DNA from: Candidatus Cryptobacteroides merdipullorum
GTDB taxonomy: Bacteria; Bacteroidota; Bacteroidia; Bacteroidales; UBA932
Assembly (NCBI GenBank): GCA_018715685.1
Contig: DVLC01000121.1
Span: 1 to 60,468, forward strand
Reading direction: 5' to 3'
DNA: 60,468 nucleotides
Shown: positions 60,259-60,468 of the stretch, piece after piece
How positions within the stretch are numbered: the stretch's first letter is position 1
Layout: each line of letters opens with the position of its first letter
The notes under the pieces: model-generated
Database searches by the model: none
Told to the model about the DNA's origin: nothing
What the model saw: only the letters and a program-made list of their open reading frames with translations
Translations under genes and position numbers: made by a program

Positions 60259-60287
60259 CAAAGATAAACAAATAACTGTAATTTCAA
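60259..60287 (-). promoter_or_regulatory. Promoter of the nuclease operon
   Basis: TATCTTTG on minus (60259-60266), with TTG 18 nt upstream. Confidence 0.6.
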
Positions 60288-60468
60288 CCCCCGACAGCGG
60301 TGAAATATTTATTACATCCGCCACTGCTGGCTCACATGCAAAACATCTTTCGCAACAGCCTCGGCCCCACGCCTCTCGATGGCCACCCGCCGTGACCAGT
60401 CTCCCGGAAACCGGGTGACCTGTCACGCCGACATGCTTTCCACATACGCATACACGCTCCAGCCGCGA

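Noticed and set aside
60288-60468. Right-edge sequence
   Set aside because: No supportable ORF or structure, and it is truncated by the window edge.

Overview
Chromosomal window from a high-GC Bacteroidales-type bacterium. This is inferred from TAnnTTTG promoter boxes, BACON/DUF5689/DUF5020/DUF4783-type proteins and frequent ATGA/GTGA gene overlaps. About 48 CDS are present. Most are housekeeping (rlmH, efp, ispH, cmk, lptB, dnaX, metG, dnaG, recQ, serC/serA, uvrA, recO, rdgB, rsgA, rnr, gpmI). The most system-like feature is a tightly packed minus-strand operon at 51.9-60.2 kb that looks like a SusD-less utilisation locus for extracellular DNA/RNA. It encodes a BACON + triple OB-fold lipoprotein, a BACON + beta-beta-alpha-Me nuclease lipoprotein, a secreted EEP nuclease, a TonB-dependent-like barrel and a DUF5689 lipoprotein. 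A Tsx-like porin and three nucleoside kinases lie elsewhere in the window. Non-coding highlights: a 165-bp MITE-like palindrome whose end completes a promoter; a 1.57-kb gene-free region of REP-like hairpins and IHF-consensus-centred inverted-repeat units; a promoter-preceded ~190-nt structured element between rnr and the porin gene; a 32-bp perfect palindrome; and a recurring back-to-back promoter architecture. rdgB also carries an 84-bp in-frame insertion bounded by a 9-bp direct repeat. No rRNA, tRNA, CRISPR array, transposase or integrase was seen. All family assignments come from motif recognition by eye, not database searches.
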